Made by a program: the position numbers and the translations under genes. Source: an uncultured virus (IMG/VR IMGVR_UViG_3300020438_003889) (Duplodnaviria > Heunggongvirae > Uroviricota > Caudoviricetes). Taken from it: a stretch of DNA of 20,000 bases. This document shows, piece by piece, positions 18,729 through 20,000 of the stretch (position 1 is its first letter; each line of letters starts with the position of its first letter). The notes under the pieces were generated by a model, which was not told the origin of the DNA, searched no databases, and was given only the letters and a program-made list of their open reading frames with translations. The stretch lies in IMG/VR virus record IMGVR_UViG_3300020438_003889. One strand, written 5' to 3'.

Positions 18729-19152
18729 GATAGGCAACACAGCAAATTAAAATTTCTCATAGGCAAATATAGCATCTTCGTACATAAGGGAGTTACGGTG
18801 TAACAACACAGGCGAATCCCATGATGCAAACAGCAAAAAATGATGAGGCTCTTAGAAAAAGATAAACCTCAGGTTTACCAAATACTATTGTGTAAGGGTT
18901 TGGTAGGCTCGCGTTGGATGAATGAGTTAACGGGTACAGCACAACCGCCCGGCGAAAGCAACGATACACAATGACTACGATACTCGCCACAGATTATCAA
19001 AGTTAGTTCGGCTAGAAATAGCCGAATTATGACTACTCATCTGCCACAGAATACGCAACACTAGAAGTTGCGTTAAAAGTTATTTTCGAGATTGCGTAAA
19101 TTAGAAGTAAACTGAGCGTAAGCGAAAGTTTAGATGTCTTTAGACATCTTTT
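18729..19152 (+). ncRNA. Putative large structured non-coding RNA (family unassigned) and/or origin-priming transcript
   Basis: ORF-free, GC-richer than its flanks, with an upstream promoter, about ten predicted helices with G-U pairs favouring the plus strand, GNRA tetraloops, a 9-bp loop-to-downstream pseudoknot, and a terminal hairpin plus T run. Confidence 0.65.
19132..19152. terminator. Palindromic hairpin AGATGTCT-TT-AGACATCT followed by Ts; possible terminator
   Basis: Perfect 8-bp inverted repeat at 19132-19149, between the putative RNA and the stop of the convergent 134-aa ORF. Confidence 0.45.
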
Positions 19153-19163
19153 AGTTGATGTGA

Positions 19164-19568
19164 TTACTCTTCTTCGTCGTCAACTTTGTTATACTTTTCA
19201 GATAGTACTGACTTTAATTCCGGTTCTTCTGATTCTTCAATATTGGAAACATCCTCATCAGTTAATTCTACTTCCTTATCCGGTTCAAAATCTTTGATTT
19301 TTTCTTTTGCGAGTTTTAATACTTCTTCCATGGTTTCCAGTTTTGCTTTTAGTGTGGCGACCTTAAGTTTTAGTTCCTCGTTTTCCTGTTTTACGCCCGC
19401 GGCGTGTTTGCCGACATGGTCTACGTCTCTGGTAGCATTTTCTAATCGTATGAGTATCTGCTTGTTACGACTCTCTTTTTGAGAAACTGCCTGATGTAGG
19501 TGTTCCTTTTCAAGTGTTAGGTCTTTGATTGTATTTTTAAGTTCTAGGACTAGATCGCTGGTCGACAT
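19164..19568 (-). CDS. Hypothetical coiled-coil protein with acidic C-terminus
   Basis: Heptad-like LELKNTIKDLTLEKEHL...LKLKVATLKAKLETMEEVLKLAKEKI, then an E/D-rich tail. Preceded by a TTTAAATA late-promoter-like box. Confidence 0.75.
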   Translation of the reverse strand: MSTSDLVLELKNTIKDLTLEKEHLHQAVSQKESRNKQILIRLENATRDVDHVGKHAAGVKQENEELKLKVATLKAKLETMEEVLKLAKEKIKDFEPDKEVELTDEDVSNIEESEEPELKSVLSEKYNKVDDEEE

Positions 19569-19577
19569 ATGTTCATT

Positions 19578-19585
19578 TATTTAAA
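19578..19585 (-). promoter_or_regulatory. Late promoter variant TTTAAATA upstream of the 134-aa ORF
   Basis: Minus strand TTTAAATA-aatgaacat-ATG. Confidence 0.5.
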
Positions 19586-19599
19586 GAGGTCTGTGTTCC

Positions 19600-19617
19600 A
19601 TTATAGTATACTATAAT
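19600..19617. repeat. Perfect 18-bp palindrome ATTATAGTATACTATAAT
   Basis: The sequence is its own reverse complement and lies immediately after the gp51-like stop codon. Confidence 0.85.
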
Positions 19618-19618
19618 T

Positions 19619-19840
19619 CTAAAAAAATGGTTGTCCGGTTTTCTTGGCAGTTTCCAAGTTCTCTTTTATTATGTCTGCAATAATTTTTCTCTCCTCTACA
19701 GAAAGGTTTAGAGATTCTTGCCATGTCACGCCTCCTCGCATATACCAGCATATTTTAAGCAGTTCGTGTTTGATGTTTTTGGATTCATTTTCTAGATCCT
19801 TGAAATATGATAAAATGTCAGACTCCGTGAGTGTCAGCAA
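19619..19840 (-). CDS. gp51: gp51-like baseplate hub assembly protein; probably the -1 frameshift extension of gp26
   Basis: ICWYMRGGVTWQESLNLSVEERKIIADIIKE resembles the short gp51/tail-chaperone-T helical motif. Only a TTG start without SD; the frame is open back through the slippery site. Confidence 0.6.
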   Translation of the reverse strand: MLTLTESDILSYFKDLENESKNIKHELLKICWYMRGGVTWQESLNLSVEERKIIADIIKENLETAKKTGQPFF

Positions 19841-19842
19841 CT

Positions 19843-20000
19843 TTATCCGAAAAAATTTGCGTTATCAAACGTGATAGGTACTTGGTATGTTGCCGGTGCA
19901 CCTTTCTTAATTTGCTCTTCTGTGGATTTTGCAGTCATGGGTTTCAATGAACCCTGCTGTCTTATTTTGACCAATGCGGCTTCTAACTCCTGAACCAATT
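19843..20000 (-). CDS. gp26: C-terminus of baseplate hub assembly protein gp26-like (partial; begins outside the window)
   Basis: Hand translation ...LVQELEAALVKIRQQGSLKPMTAKSTEEQIKKGAPATYQVPITFDNANFFG*, stop at 19845-19843. The ...FF(G)* ending and position before a gp51-like ORF fit gp26 homologues. Confidence 0.6.
   Translation of the reverse strand, partial: LVQELEAALVKIRQQGSLKPMTAKSTEEQIKKGAPATYQVPITFDNANFFG
19849..19855 (-). other. Candidate -1 programmed ribosomal frameshift heptamer T TTT TTC
   Basis: In-frame X XXY YYZ pattern, one codon before the gp26 stop. A -1 shift reads TTT CGG ATA AAG TTG CTG ACA, continuous with the 73-aa ORF. Confidence 0.7.

Noticed and set aside
18793..18990. 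65-aa minus-strand ORF inside the non-coding region
   Set aside because: GTG start without RBS and unprotein-like sequence; the region is better explained by plus-strand RNA structure.
18940..19052. RNase P RNA, suggested by GCCACAGA and AACCGCC
   Set aside because: The motifs occur in the wrong order, and the P4 elements (GAGGAAAGUCC, ACAGAA..CGGCUUA) are absent.
18729..19152. Group I/II intron, tmRNA, tRNA or CRISPR array
   Set aside because: No interrupted gene, no P7 GACUA/UAGUC partner, no group II domain V, no tRNA-like ends or cloverleaf, and only two short imperfect repeats.
14147..19874. Short opposite-strand ORFs at 14147, 15402, 16337, 17172, 18421, 19186 and 19644
   Set aside because: Antisense to well-supported genes; composition typical of shadow frames.
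1..20000. Stop-codon reassignment, as in some jumbo phages
   Set aside because: Genes are full length in code 11, and TAG terminates gp46 (17909-11) and the gp51-like ORF at sensible positions.

Overview
AT-rich, gene-dense segment of a large T4-superfamily myovirus. Gene sizes and order recall Rak2/GAP32-type jumbo phages and their aquatic relatives; this is from memory, not a search. A minus-strand baseplate cluster runs: gp26 C-terminus, gp51-like, coiled-coil ORF, then tube-initiator-like, gp53/LysM-like, hub-like, gp5-like spike, gp25, gp6, and a >1178-aa virion protein that leaves the window and is missing from the ORF track. The cluster is interrupted by a plus-strand block (enlarged late sigma factor gp55, gp47/gp46 Mre11-Rad50 nuclease, Hc1-like small basic protein), a minus-strand GIY-YIG endonuclease, and a ~470-bp non-coding region. 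Main observations: (1) the non-coding region has its own promoter and folds into a complex, pseudoknotted ~420-nt RNA I cannot assign to a known family, ending in a primosome-site-like hairpin; (2) a T TTT TTC slippery site would fuse gp26 to the start-poor gp51 ORF by -1 frameshifting, like lambda G/GT or P2 E/E'; (3) the giant virion protein carries an intact type-1 copper (cupredoxin) ligand set; (4) a late promoter is interlocked with the sigma70-type promoter of gp55, suggesting a feedback switch.
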